Virus record (IMG/VR): IMGVR_UViG_3300031260_000020
Location: 1-39,838 of that record
DNA from: a virus
Direction: 5' to 3' (one strand)
Length of the DNA stretch: 39,838 nucleotides
Shown: piece by piece, positions 17,671 to 26,746 of the stretch
Layout of the letters: each line of letters starts with the position of its first letter
Position numbering within the stretch: position 1 is the first letter of the stretch
Translations under genes and position numbers: made by a program
Notes under the pieces: generated by a model
Told to the model about the DNA's origin: nothing
The model's database searches: none
Seen by the model: only the letters and a program-made list of their open reading frames with translations

Positions 17671-18061
17671 TATCGTCTAGGATTAGCCACGCATTGACGC
17701 GCCAATAATTGGTTTTGTTTTTGCAGCCTTTGGGTGGGGTAAATGTTGCTTGACCGATTTCCTCTAAACTCATTTCCGAAAAGTATCGCCATCTCCAAAG
17801 TTTTCTTTCGTGCTGCCCTAATTTTTCGTAACTCTCATTCATCACATCTAACAATTCCAACGCTCTGACTACAAAGGCATCACGTATCATTATTTGCTCT
17901 CGCTCCTGTATATCTGTTTTTTGGATAACTATACTTCCTGTTTTTATTAACATCGTCTCAACGTAAAGTTCTATGTCGGCTCTGTGTTTCCAAAGTCTGT
18001 GAACATCTTTAGTTGTTGCCTCTCCTGTCAAGAGCCTTGAGATAGAATCCAACGGGACCAT
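17621..18061 (-). CDS. Putative late-gene transcriptional regulator (ArpU/sigma-like), low confidence
   Basis: 146-aa ORF upstream of the packaging module; assigned by position and size. Confidence 0.25.
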   Translation of the reverse strand: MVPLDSISRLLTGEATTKDVHRLWKHRADIELYVETMLIKTGSIVIQKTDIQEREQIMIRDAFVVRALELLDVMNESYEKLGQHERKLWRWRYFSEMSLEEIGQATFTPPKGCKNKTNYWRVNAWLILDDIARRLLDECRRFASVD

Positions 18062-18072
18062 ATAACCTCCCC

Positions 18073-18357
18073 TCAGACTTTAATTGATTTCTTGAACCGC
18101 GCTTCTTTCTGAATCAGTTCCATGTCCTTGCGAAGAGCCTTGTTCTCGACCTTTAGTTTTATAGTTTCGCCCCTCAGCCGTGCATTCTCCATCTCAAGCT
18201 CTTCTCTTGTGCCGATCCCCAGCATTCCACTCAAACAGTACCCAGCCGCGAAAGCCAGCCAGATCAAACCTATTGCGAGTGCTAGATTCATTTTGATACC
18301 TCCTTCACCATTTGTAGACCTTTGTACCATTCCAATTCTCTGCAAGCGCTTTGTCAA
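18073..18357 (-). CDS. Hypothetical membrane/coiled-coil protein
   Basis: N-terminal hydrophobic segment LALAIGLIWLAFAAGYCLSGMLGI then coiled coil. Confidence 0.3.
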   Translation of the reverse strand: MTKRLQRIGMVQRSTNGEGGIKMNLALAIGLIWLAFAAGYCLSGMLGIGTREELEMENARLRGETIKLKVENKALRKDMELIQKEARFKKSIKV

Positions 18358-18745
18358 GCCTTTCTATCCTTTTGGCTTCATCCCTAATCTTCTTGAGCCG
18401 GTTTCCAGCCTCGTTGACAGTCTCGCAAATGCGTCTCCATGTCTCTACACAGACCCATGTACCGACACGAAGAGTTATCTCTCTAGAAAGCGGTGATTGA
18501 CAGTAGGAAAGATCGTATTGACCTACTTTGTCAGCAAGTTCTGTTGGAAACTTGTACTCCTCAGACCTGATAATCAGTACCCCTGATGATCGGATACCAG
18601 GCGACTCAATACGTGACACATACAGGCACAGACCGCCTGAAACATATTCTTCCGGCAAGTATGCTTTCGGCAACGCCTTGAAGCTCTTAATCAAGTAACC
18701 CAGATTGCCATTCAATGGCTTCCTTTCAACCTTGATTTCTATCAT
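18305..18745 (-). CDS. Hypothetical protein
   Basis: 146-aa ORF. Confidence 0.3.
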   Translation of the reverse strand: MIEIKVERKPLNGNLGYLIKSFKALPKAYLPEEYVSGGLCLYVSRIESPGIRSSGVLIIRSEEYKFPTELADKVGQYDLSYCQSPLSREITLRVGTWVCVETWRRICETVNEAGNRLKKIRDEAKRIERLDKALAENWNGTKVYKW

Positions 18746-18757
18746 TTCTCCACCTCC

Positions 18758-18961
18758 TCACTCAAACTCTTCGCAAGCATCATCATCAGCATCAACCTTC
18801 TTATCGTTCAATTCACACCAACCATTATTGAAGTAAGCACATATTTCGCAAGGATAATCACGGTCGTTTCTCTCGTCATCACGAACATAAGCGTAATATG
18901 ATGGCATTTCTAGCACCTCCCTTCGATTCTCTTTGAAATTGATGTGTTTGCGATATTTCAT
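18758..18961 (-). CDS. Hypothetical Cys-rich small protein
   Basis: 67 aa with CEIC...C...C pattern. Confidence 0.3.
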   Translation of the reverse strand: MKYRKHINFKENRREVLEMPSYYAYVRDDERNDRDYPCEICAYFNNGWCELNDKKVDADDDACEEFE

Positions 18962-18974
18962 CTTTTCTCCTCTC

Positions 18975-19826
18975 TCATCTCCTTTCGGTTTGTATAATTG
19001 CTTTTCCGATAATCTCGACTATCTGTGGTACTACCGCATTACCGAGTGCCGCTATTCGTTTACTTGCGTCCATCCTTCTGGGTAGCCCATCATCCACTCT
19101 ACAAAGGCTGGCTGCAATCGGTAACCAGGGGATGTCCCATCGTTCTGAGTCGGTAGGCACGTCTGATCCTCTATCAACAATGCTTTTGATAGTGTTTCCT
19201 CCAAGTTGCTCTTGTTCCGCTGACCTATTGCAACGCTGAACATGGGGTTTACCAGATTTGCTCGAGGAGTAGGGAGCATCTTGCTTATTGTTGTTGCTAA
19301 ACCGTCCCCACTCTTCTTGTTCAACCCCCGTTTGTTGTAGTTTCCCTTCACCACTGCGGTGGGCAACAACCCATACTCTGTCCCGTTTGTGTGGGGCGTT
19401 GACGGCACAAGCTGGAATAATAAACGATTGGCAGGTGTAGCCTTCATTTTCCAGGTCAGATAGCACATCATCGAGTGCCAGGCTGACGATTCCAGCAACG
19501 TTTTCGCCAACAATCCAATTCGGCCTGACAGCCCTGATAACTCGTAGCATTTCAGGCCAGAGATAACGGTCGTCTTCCTTGCTTCTTCGCTTCCCTGCTG
19601 CGGAAAAGGGCTGGCATGGGAATCCCCCGCAAATAAGGTCAACTGGCTCAAGTTCATCACCTCTCAATTCTTTTATGTCTCTGTATCTCTTCACGTCAGG
19701 CCAGTGCTTTTCAAGGACTCGGTTGCAGAAATCGTCTATCTCAACCTGCCATTTGATAGTCATTCCAGCTCTTTCAAGCCCCAAGTCAAAGCCGCCAATG
19801 CCGCTGAAAAGACTGCCGACCGTCAT
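18975..19826 (-). CDS. DNA (cytosine-5)-methyltransferase (orphan); start at internal ATG 19826 with AAAGGAG RBS
   Basis: Motifs FSGIGG (I), GFPCQPFS (IV), GENVAG (VI), QSFIIPACAVNAPHKRDRVW (VIII), LGNAVVPQIV (X). Confidence 0.85.
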   Translation of the reverse strand: MTVGSLFSGIGGFDLGLERAGMTIKWQVEIDDFCNRVLEKHWPDVKRYRDIKELRGDELEPVDLICGGFPCQPFSAAGKRRSKEDDRYLWPEMLRVIRAVRPNWIVGENVAGIVSLALDDVLSDLENEGYTCQSFIIPACAVNAPHKRDRVWVVAHRSGEGKLQQTGVEQEEWGRFSNNNKQDAPYSSSKSGKPHVQRCNRSAEQEQLGGNTIKSIVDRGSDVPTDSERWDIPWLPIAASLCRVDDGLPRRMDASKRIAALGNAVVPQIVEIIGKAIIQTERR

Positions 19827-19968
19827 CTCATCACTCCTTTGGTTTACCTTTCTCAACTTTCTTGATTGTCAGTTTCACTTTGAACGTCTCTTTCGGCGAT
19901 ATCATCAATAAGTTGTCTATTAACCAGCCATTGTCTTGTTCATAGTAAGGAATGCCATACTCATCTAC
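19819..19968. repeat. 150-bp direct repeat, copy A (about 97% identical to 20273..20422)
   Basis: Offset 454 bp; 5 mismatches in 150 bp; spans a small ORF, RBS and start codon of the next gene. Confidence 0.85.
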
Positions 19969-19974
19969 TTGCAC
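19831..19974 (-). CDS. Small ORF, truncated paralog of 20285..20461 (GTG start)
   Basis: Encodes VQVDEYGIPYYEQDNGWLIDNLLMISPKETFKVKLTIKKVEKGKPKE within repeat copy A. Confidence 0.3.
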   Translation of the reverse strand: MQVDEYGIPYYEQDNGWLIDNLLMISPKETFKVKLTIKKVEKGKPKE

Positions 19975-20168
19975 TGCTCATAAGTCTCTTTGTCTTTCCA
20001 GATCTCAATCCGCACAGTTCGGTCAGGGTAATACCAAGTGTCTAAATGGTCTACCTTAACGAAGTAGCCAAGCTCCTCAAGTTTTGCAAGTGCTGCCTGA
20101 TGCGTAGGCCGTTCAAAAGCCTCTTTAATTTTCTTCTGATCCTGCTTGTAAAATCGTTCACTTTTCAC
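19965..20168 (-). CDS. Hypothetical protein
   Basis: 67-aa ORF, GTG start preceded by GGAGG. Confidence 0.35.
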   Translation of the reverse strand: MKSERFYKQDQKKIKEAFERPTHQAALAKLEELGYFVKVDHLDTWYYPDRTVRIEIWKDKETYEQCK

Positions 20169-20280
20169 CCTCCTTCTCCTTCAACTTTCGGATCTTCCTG
20201 AGTTCGTCTTTGATGTCACCTAATTCCACAAATATGAACCACAGGATTGCAACGAAAGGAATCAATGTAAGCACCGTCAT
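20158..20280 (-). CDS. Small predicted membrane protein (40 aa)
   Basis: MTVLTLIPFVAILWFIFVELGDIKDELRKIRKLKEKEGEK; start and RBS lie in repeat copy B. Confidence 0.35.
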   Translation of the reverse strand: MTVLTLIPFVAILWFIFVELGDIKDELRKIRKLKEKEGEK

Positions 20281-20422
20281 CTCATCACTCCTTTGGTTTA
20301 CCTTTCTTAACTTTCTTGATTGTCACTTCCACTTCGAACGTCTCTTTCGGCGATATCATCAATAAGTTGTCTATTAACCAGCCATTGTCTTGTTCATAGT
20401 AAGGAATGCCATACTCATCTAC
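20273..20422. repeat. 150-bp direct repeat, copy B
   Basis: See copy A. Confidence 0.85.
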
Positions 20423-20461
20423 CTTGACAATGTGATCTTCCAGTTCAGGTATCTTCCACAT
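20285..20461 (-). CDS. Small ORF (58 aa), full-length paralog of 19831..19974
   Basis: MWKIPELEDHIVKVDEYGIPYYEQDNGWLIDNLLMISPKETFEVEVTIKKVKKGKPKE; ATG overlaps the RusA stop. Confidence 0.35.
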   Translation of the reverse strand: MWKIPELEDHIVKVDEYGIPYYEQDNGWLIDNLLMISPKETFEVEVTIKKVKKGKPKE

Positions 20462-20815
20462 CTAAGCCTCCGAGAACTCTATCTCGACCCGCGGGTTTCC
20501 TTTGTCGTATGCGACCTCTTGGATTCTGGGCATCACGTAGAAGTCGTTCTCATAGACAAAACCTTCCATTACATCGAGAAGTATTTTGAGCGTGTTGTGA
20601 CTGTCTCGCTTTCTTTTGTCCGGCATGAAGAACCACATATCGGCATATAACCAAGTGTCAGTTGTCTTCTCCCATTCAGCTTGCCGAGTCCACATCTTGG
20701 TTCTCCATGCTGCATTTGAGTACCACTCCCTTGCTGTCTTATCCATGACTCTTTTAGGCCCGATATACATGTGATTCACGCTGGGCGGTACTGGTAGGAT
20801 TAGTCTCATGTTCAC
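20462..20815 (-). CDS. rusA: RusA-like Holliday junction resolvase
   Basis: 117 aa; N-terminus LILPVPPSVNHMY and overall size typical of RusA. Confidence 0.65.
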   Translation of the reverse strand: MNMRLILPVPPSVNHMYIGPKRVMDKTAREWYSNAAWRTKMWTRQAEWEKTTDTWLYADMWFFMPDKRKRDSHNTLKILLDVMEGFVYENDFYVMPRIQEVAYDKGNPRVEIEFSEA

Positions 20816-20818
20816 CTC

Positions 20819-21247
20819 CTAGAATGGTATCTCGTCGCTGTCTGAACCCTCGGTATCGTCTGAACCGAAGAACTCGACGGATTCAGGCTCATCATGACTC
20901 GTTTGTGGCTCACTATGCTTTGCACCTTTCGTCTCCATGAACTTCACGTGAGAGGCGACTACTTCGGGAATTGACCTCTTCTCTCCGTCTTTCTCCCACT
21001 TGTTTATCCTCAGAGAACCTTCAACGAGAACGAGCTTGCCTTTAGTCATGTACTTCTCGACAAACTCTGCGGTTTTCCCGAAAGCAACTATCCTGATGAA
21101 GTCCGTTGTATTCGAATCTTTCGGGCAGTCTCTATCAACTGCGAGATTGAAGTTCGAGACTTGAGTACCGCTTGTGGCAAATTTACTCTCGGGATCGCGG
21201 GTGAGTCTACCTACCAGGATTATTTTGTTGTACGAGATTCCCATCAT
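20819..21247 (-). CDS. ssb: Single-stranded DNA-binding protein
   Basis: OB-fold pattern ...IILVGRLTRDPE...FIRIVAFGKTAEF... and acidic C-terminal tail ending DEIPF. Confidence 0.85.
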   Translation of the reverse strand: MMGISYNKIILVGRLTRDPESKFATSGTQVSNFNLAVDRDCPKDSNTTDFIRIVAFGKTAEFVEKYMTKGKLVLVEGSLRINKWEKDGEKRSIPEVVASHVKFMETKGAKHSEPQTSHDEPESVEFFGSDDTEGSDSDEIPF

Positions 21248-21735
21248 TTCGCCTCCAAGCTGTACTTGCCATTCTTGAGCCCAGTAGAACCAAAACCGTT
21301 ATCTCCCCTGTCTGTCTCGGTTTTCGGTTCTCCTCTCTGAAGGAAGAAAGTAGAGTCAATCCTCGCCACTATGAGTTGAACTATTCTGTCTCCCCGGCTG
21401 AACTTCAGAGTCTCATCCCCAGTGTTCAGCAGAAGCGCCTTAATCTCGCCCCTATATCCTGAATCAATCACTCCCCCGAGAGTCATAAGTCCAAGAGAAG
21501 CAAGACTGCTTCTGTCTTTCAGAAGCCCCACATACCCGAAAGGTATTTCGGCTTTGACTCCTGTGTGAACCACTATCAGCTCTCTGGGCGGTATCTCGAT
21601 GTCTCTATCTGTTTTTAGGTCCACTCCCCCATCATCAAAGTGTTGGTGCTCCGGAACTAATATGTCGTCTGTGAAATATAGAGTCATTTCTCCTTTCCTC
21701 CTAGAATTACCCACTCCGGGTATATTTTTCTGCAA
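21244..21735 (-). CDS. dut: dUTP diphosphatase
   Basis: Motifs GYVGLLKDRSSLA and GVIDSGYRGE. Confidence 0.8.
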   Translation of the reverse strand: MQKNIPGVGNSRRKGEMTLYFTDDILVPEHQHFDDGGVDLKTDRDIEIPPRELIVVHTGVKAEIPFGYVGLLKDRSSLASLGLMTLGGVIDSGYRGEIKALLLNTGDETLKFSRGDRIVQLIVARIDSTFFLQRGEPKTETDRGDNGFGSTGLKNGKYSLEAK

Positions 21736-21830
21736 GCCAAGAACGCGTCTGTGAGTGCAACGTGTTCAATCTCGACCTCTTTCTTTTCCTTGCCTTTCTT
21801 AATCGTGAGTACGAATATCATGTGAACCTC

Positions 21831-22115
21831 CTATAAAGCCATTTTGCGAACGAGTTCGAAATATCTTGTTATCTCCTCAATTTCTTCTACAATCTCCTGT
21901 TCAGGGCCTATCAACTCATTGGGTGCTATCCCCAAGCCTTTAGCCAATCTTCCCAGCATAGTTCTAGAGGGTGTATATTCTCCGTTCTCAAGTTTCCATA
22001 TTGTTTGCTGGGCGGCGCCCGAGCGTTCCGAAAGTTGAATCTGACTGAGCCCTTTTTCTAACCGTATTCTCAATAGTTTATCTGGATTGAAGTTGTACAC
22101 TGCTGTTTGAGCCAT
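21831..22115 (-). CDS. XRE-family HTH transcriptional regulator
   Basis: LRIRLEKGLSQIQLSERSGAAQQTIWKLENGEYTPSRTMLGRLAKGLGI is a canonical Cro/C1-type HTH. Confidence 0.6.
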   Translation of the reverse strand: MAQTAVYNFNPDKLLRIRLEKGLSQIQLSERSGAAQQTIWKLENGEYTPSRTMLGRLAKGLGIAPNELIGPEQEIVEEIEEITRYFELVRKMAL

Positions 22116-22621
22116 TATTCATCTTCTCCATTTACCACCTGCCAAAATCTTCTACCCATTACCTCTTTCCATTCGTCCAACGAAAGATCTTCGGGTTCTT
22201 TTCCAAGTGCTTTTTTCAGTCCTTCGAGAGTACTTTTGTTTTCTTTTTTCAGAACCCATTCCAAACACTTTTTCATAGCGAAGAATTTTCCACAACCCAA
22301 ATACTCATATTCAAGTTGCCCGTCTATTACCTTGGCGCGAGCCGCCATGCCTTTGTATCTGCACGACTTGTACGACAAGCAATGCCACAAGCATTGATCG
22401 AGATACTTATACACATCTTCAAACTGCCATACTTGGCCCCGAGTGATTTTCTTTACCTCCCCGCCCTTAACTCCGAGTTTCTTAAGAGCATCATTGAGAG
22501 CCTTGATGGTTCCGTCTGAGGCTTGTTCCTGCGGTTTTAGTTCCTTAATCATCTTTGTTAGCTTGCTCTCTATACTTTCTCGCGAGCCGTTCAGCGTTTG
22601 CGAGAATGTCGCTATTGTCAT
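22115..22621 (-). CDS. Hypothetical protein (replication module)
   Basis: 168-aa ORF; N-terminus overlaps the upstream gene, so start may be internal. Confidence 0.35.
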   Translation of the reverse strand: MTIATFSQTLNGSRESIESKLTKMIKELKPQEQASDGTIKALNDALKKLGVKGGEVKKITRGQVWQFEDVYKYLDQCLWHCLSYKSCRYKGMAARAKVIDGQLEYEYLGCGKFFAMKKCLEWVLKKENKSTLEGLKKALGKEPEDLSLDEWKEVMGRRFWQVVNGEDE

Positions 22622-23456
22622 TTTCTTCCCCCTTTCGATTGTCGTAGTTGCCTTCCAGGATTTTGAGAAAGTTTTCTTGCTTGGTTATCCACTGAAGATT
22701 AGCTATGAATGGCTTTCTTCCGTTAGTTGGAGTTACTCTTCCCGCTAGAAAGTCTGAGAGTTCTACCCTTTGGAAGAAACTTTCCCAGAACTCGAAGTTT
22801 GGGTATTCTTTCCATCTTGCCCTTAGTTGAGCTTTTCTAGATTCCGAAAGTCCTTTTATACGCGGAAGAGAACAACAGATAGAATGGTATAGATCTACAA
22901 TTTTCTGAAAAGGAACGCGAGAAATTGAGTCAACTTGTTGACGAGAAGAAGATCTTATATCTTTATCTATATCTAGTTCTATATCTAGGTGCGTAACGGT
23001 GACGTCACGTGACGCGTCACATCGTTCGTTGTTTGAACTATTGTTTGGGATGTTTCTTCCGTCTGAGAGCTCCTTCAATCTCTCTCTGTATCTTCTGGTG
23101 CGGAACTTAGTTTGTTCTCGTATTTTTTCCAATCCTTTAGTGTTCTGGTGCTTCTCCCAGTTAAGGACTATGATTCCTTCAGAGTCAATTTCAATCATCT
23201 CGAAGTCTTGCATAGTCTTTAGCCCCAGCTCCACGGTAGATTGTGGGATGTTGGCTATTAGAGAAAGCATCTGAATTGAGTACGGAACATTTGGTTTGAA
23301 GTAAATCAAACCTCCGTCGTTGGTTTTGCCTGCCAGAACAAGTAGAAAAATCCATAGAGTCAATAGGGAATCGCCGTTTGGCATATTGCGAAGGAAGACA
23401 ATCTTCTCATCTGAGAATATATCTGTGTTTATCCGAATCCACTTGACGTCGTTCAA
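22545..23456 (-). CDS. Phage replisome organizer / replication initiation protein
   Basis: N-terminus MNDVKWIRINTDIFSDEKIVFL...LLTLWIFLLVLAGKTNDGGLIY matches the phage replisome-organizer N-terminal pattern. Confidence 0.55.
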   Translation of the reverse strand: MNDVKWIRINTDIFSDEKIVFLRNMPNGDSLLTLWIFLLVLAGKTNDGGLIYFKPNVPYSIQMLSLIANIPQSTVELGLKTMQDFEMIEIDSEGIIVLNWEKHQNTKGLEKIREQTKFRTRRYRERLKELSDGRNIPNNSSNNERCDASRDVTVTHLDIELDIDKDIRSSSRQQVDSISRVPFQKIVDLYHSICCSLPRIKGLSESRKAQLRARWKEYPNFEFWESFFQRVELSDFLAGRVTPTNGRKPFIANLQWITKQENFLKILEGNYDNRKGEENDNSDILANAERLARKYREQANKDD

Positions 23457-23503
23457 ATTATCACTTCCTTAGAAGTAACCGCTCCCTTTCGGGAGCGGTG
23501 TTT

Positions 23504-24361
23504 TCATTCCAATGGTTTCTTTCCTGTGAGAGATTTGCTTTCTATGGGTTCTGACTCTTCTGGCATGACTTCCTCGCCTTGAACCTCGATCCAGTCTGTT
23601 TCGTCTGGGACCTCCGACATATCCTCTTTGATTTCTGTCTTGGTTGTCTCGTCGAGATCCAACTGTCTCATCAGTTCAGGAGAAAGCGGTGCGTACTTGG
23701 AGAGTCTCTTCAAAGCAGTTTTAACCCACATCTCGTCTTCCCATTCAATCCATGGGCCTTGAGTTGGAGTCATAGACTTCTTGCGAATCTTCTCCACTGT
23801 CTCGGGCGGCAGGACAACATACATATGGCCTCCGTCTTTGAAATGAGCGATAGCATAGACGCAAAGCCTCTTGCCCCTGTCGCCTGAGAAGTTTGGAATG
23901 TGTCTCAACTTCTCGTTTATTCCATACTCAAACTCGAACTCGTCGTTCTCATAGACGACATTGGATGTGACGGAGACAACCTCTCCCGAGCGGTACATTA
24001 GATTTACGAATCCCTTGGCCCTTATCTGAAACTGAGCCTCAAGGGATTTTGTCTTGCCGTTGAACCTCGGAATGATGTCACAGAAGCCAAGTGGCCCCGG
24101 TTCGAGTCCCACTTGAGCGGCCATCATCATTGCCCCAAGAAAAGATGGAATAGAACACTCCAAGAGCTTAGGATTTCTTCTCACTTCCGTAAACGCTATC
24201 CTTGCAAACCTGTCTGCATCCATGTGTTTAGGAAGAGCCTTCTGTATCTCTGGTTGCATCCTCTTTAGTAGATCCTGAAGTGTCTTGTACTTGTCGCCAT
24301 TCCCGGTCTGGACCGCCTGTGATTTAGCCTTAACGATTCCTTTTGCCTCTTCTGCCTTCAA
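23504..24361 (-). CDS. recT: RecT-family single-strand annealing protein
   Basis: 285 aa, adjacent to YqaJ-like exonuclease; RecT-like core and acidic C-terminus. Confidence 0.7.
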   Translation of the reverse strand: MKAEEAKGIVKAKSQAVQTGNGDKYKTLQDLLKRMQPEIQKALPKHMDADRFARIAFTEVRRNPKLLECSIPSFLGAMMMAAQVGLEPGPLGFCDIIPRFNGKTKSLEAQFQIRAKGFVNLMYRSGEVVSVTSNVVYENDEFEFEYGINEKLRHIPNFSGDRGKRLCVYAIAHFKDGGHMYVVLPPETVEKIRKKSMTPTQGPWIEWEDEMWVKTALKRLSKYAPLSPELMRQLDLDETTKTEIKEDMSEVPDETDWIEVQGEEVMPEESEPIESKSLTGKKPLE

Positions 24362-24364
24362 ACG

Positions 24365-25297
24365 TTACACCTCCCTGATGCTGAATCTTCTAGATTCTGT
24401 TTCTCTTGAGAACTCTTGATAGATGTTTGGCTGAGAGTTCTTCAACGCCTTTGTGTCAAGCCTTGTAGATGTATAGGATTTCCAGTCAACCCTCCACTTT
24501 TCTACATACCCGGTCTCGTTTTCTCCGAGGAGTTCTTTAAGTCGGTTTTCCTTTTCGGCCTTTTCATCTTCGAGTTCTTTGATGGATTGTTTGAGTTGTA
24601 TAAGTCTTTGAATAGTGTCTGCAGTGTCATAAGGAAGAGAAATAGAGGATTCAGGCACAGCTTTTGGATAAAGGATATTTAGGACCTCTGAACTGTCGTC
24701 CGATCCATCCATAGGTGGTGGGTTCTTATCTTCGACCCTCTTCCAGAACTCAGATTCGAGAGAAATTAGACTTGAAATGAATTCTTCGTCCCTGTCAAAA
24801 TGCTTGTGGATAAACTTGTTGCCGCCTATGAGAGCTGCAATAACTCCCCACTCGTAGCCTGTCACCGCTAGATAATGTTGAAGCTGGCAATAGGCTTCAG
24901 GCGGCACTTCGTCATCTTTCCACTCTTCCTTTCTGAATTCAGAGACATTCTTGCACTCAAGAACTCCAGGGCCTCTGTCTTTTGCGTAAATGATTCTGTC
25001 AACGTTGGCAATCATCCAGTCGTGGTCCGGATGAATCAGGATGTAGTTTCTTCTCTCAACGTAGTTACCCGAACGATCCGAGTATTCCTTCGCTACGAGG
25101 TCTTCCATCTTGTTGCCCCAATACATGGCCTCGTTCTGCTCTTCATCCTGAAACTCACCTATCTTTTCGAGATAAACCCTGATAGGAGACTTCCACTTAT
25201 TCAGGCCAATAATGGCCGCTGCGTCTGAACCTCCAATTCCCTTTCTCCGTTGCTCTTTCCATTCTTCGTATGACATTTTCTTGGTTGAGATTTTCAT
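24365..25297 (-). CDS. YqaJ/lambda-exonuclease-like recombination exonuclease
   Basis: N-terminus ...EEWKEQRRKGIGGSDAAAIIGLNKWKSP... typical of the YqaJ family. Confidence 0.7.
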   Translation of the reverse strand: MKISTKKMSYEEWKEQRRKGIGGSDAAAIIGLNKWKSPIRVYLEKIGEFQDEEQNEAMYWGNKMEDLVAKEYSDRSGNYVERRNYILIHPDHDWMIANVDRIIYAKDRGPGVLECKNVSEFRKEEWKDDEVPPEAYCQLQHYLAVTGYEWGVIAALIGGNKFIHKHFDRDEEFISSLISLESEFWKRVEDKNPPPMDGSDDSSEVLNILYPKAVPESSISLPYDTADTIQRLIQLKQSIKELEDEKAEKENRLKELLGENETGYVEKWRVDWKSYTSTRLDTKALKNSQPNIYQEFSRETESRRFSIREV

Positions 25298-25363
25298 ACA
25301 GTCATCTCCTTGTGCTATAATTTCTTTGAAGTCTTACTAGGCCGCTCTGGGAAGCGGTCTTTT

Positions 25364-25540
25364 TCATACATGAATGTGCGGTCGATAAATGCTCTCCAAG
25401 TCCTCAACTTCTTCAGCTTTCATCGAAATCAGTTCCATGTAGGTTGCTTTCTCCGCGGGGTCTTCGGTCTCCTTTTTTCTCTCTATGAGGTCCTGAATCT
25501 CTTCTCGAAGTTCTTCAATCTCCTGCCAGATTGTCTTCAT
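25364..25540 (-). CDS. Small coiled-coil ORF (58 aa) not in the ORF track
   Basis: MKTIWQEIEELREEIQDLIERKKETEDPAEKATYMELISMKAEEVEDLESIYRPHIHV; ATG overlaps the stop of the upstream gene. Confidence 0.3.
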   Translation of the reverse strand: MKTIWQEIEELREEIQDLIERKKETEDPAEKATYMELISMKAEEVEDLESIYRPHIHV

Positions 25541-25737
25541 ACCGCAACAGGCTTCCCGCTAGTGCGATAGAGATTACTGTTTATATACCAGTGAACTCTG
25601 ATTCCTTCGCCCACCGCTTTGCGGTAAGCTGCCATAGCTTCCTGCGTAGAGTACCCATCGTAGAGTGGATACTCGTAGCTGATCACCTCGTGATGTGGCC
25701 TCTTTACCTCGTCCTGCCAGTCAAATGTTCCTCTCAT
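25537..25737 (-). CDS. Hypothetical early protein
   Basis: 66-aa ORF. Confidence 0.3.
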   Translation of the reverse strand: MRGTFDWQDEVKRPHHEVISYEYPLYDGYSTQEAMAAYRKAVGEGIRVHWYINSNLYRTSGKPVAV

Positions 25738-25919
25738 TCTTCTTCCTCCTCAACTGCTATGGATATGAGCCTTTCGTCTCTAAGCACCGCCACTGTTTCT
25801 CCAACAATCTCGTCAACAATCTTCCGAAGGATGGTCGTTGAACCATCAGTTTCAAACTTATACATTCCGGCCACTTTCTCTTGAAGTTGCGCCATAGTCA
25901 TAATGTTTTCTCCTCCCAT
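25734..25919 (-). CDS. Hypothetical early protein
   Basis: 61-aa ORF, 4-nt overlap with downstream gene. Confidence 0.3.
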   Translation of the reverse strand: MGGENIMTMAQLQEKVAGMYKFETDGSTTILRKIVDEIVGETVAVLRDERLISIAVEEEEE

Positions 25920-26129
25920 TCAGATTTCAAAACTCACCTCCAAAAGCGGCGGCGGAGCCACATGCCCCAACCGCCTTTGTCCAATATTTATCGAGCTGTT
26001 GTTTTTGTCCGAGAGCTCATCACGAACTCGGACTACTAAGAGTGAAGGTTTCACCTGCCTTTCATTTGAATTTAGGAATCTGTTGATTCCTCTCAACTAC
26101 CAGCCATCAAGACTGGTAGTAAACAAGAA

Positions 26130-26411
26130 TCAGCCGTCACCATACACAGTGATGGAGTTCTTAACATTTTCGGGGTTTCTTGGTATCCAGCCAATCCATT
26201 CAGCGCCGTCATAGCAAACCTTGAAGTAAATCCAATCTTTTGTATAGGCGCATATCGGCTCGCCTTCTACACCGCCATACTTATCTTTGCTCTTATAAGA
26301 GTCTTCCCAAAGGTGTACAACTGGTTTATAAAACACCGCCTCAAGGTCTTCTGGTGATTCGTTGTTTATTGTTAGTGCATATAGTAGTTCCCTCTTTGTG
26401 TTTGTTGGCAT
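26130..26411 (-). CDS. Hypothetical early protein
   Basis: 93-aa ORF. Confidence 0.3.
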   Translation of the reverse strand: MPTNTKRELLYALTINNESPEDLEAVFYKPVVHLWEDSYKSKDKYGGVEGEPICAYTKDWIYFKVCYDGAEWIGWIPRNPENVKNSITVYGDG

Positions 26412-26422
26412 CTTTCACCTCC

Positions 26423-26746
26423 TTAATGCTCGTCATCCTTTACCAAAAACCTCTGAAATTTCACTGTCTTCCACAGTTCCGCTCTTCGAGATCGGAAGAT
26501 TTCACTTTGCCTTTCGTGATATTGGATTGCCAAATAGAGTGCTTGCCGCTCTGTCAACAACTGATTTTGAGTTCTAGTCCTGCCACCTTCAAGATAGTAT
26601 TCAATCTTGGTGTCTTTATTCATGATGACTTGCAGCACTTCTAAACCCTTCACTTCGCCTTGCTCCGCTGTATCATACTCATAAACGGTGTCTCCTGGAA
26701 TAAATTTCATTCTTACATCTTTCATCTCACACCTCCTAGTCATCAA
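26423..26746 (-). CDS. Hypothetical early protein
   Basis: 107-aa ORF. Confidence 0.3.
   Translation of the reverse strand: MMTRRCEMKDVRMKFIPGDTVYEYDTAEQGEVKGLEVLQVIMNKDTKIEYYLEGGRTRTQNQLLTERQALYLAIQYHERQSEIFRSRRAELWKTVKFQRFLVKDDEH

Noticed and set aside
19052-19660. 202-aa minus-strand ORF inside the methyltransferase gene in another frame
   Set aside because: It fully overlaps a gene with clear C5-MTase motifs and has no motifs of its own; alternate-frame artifact
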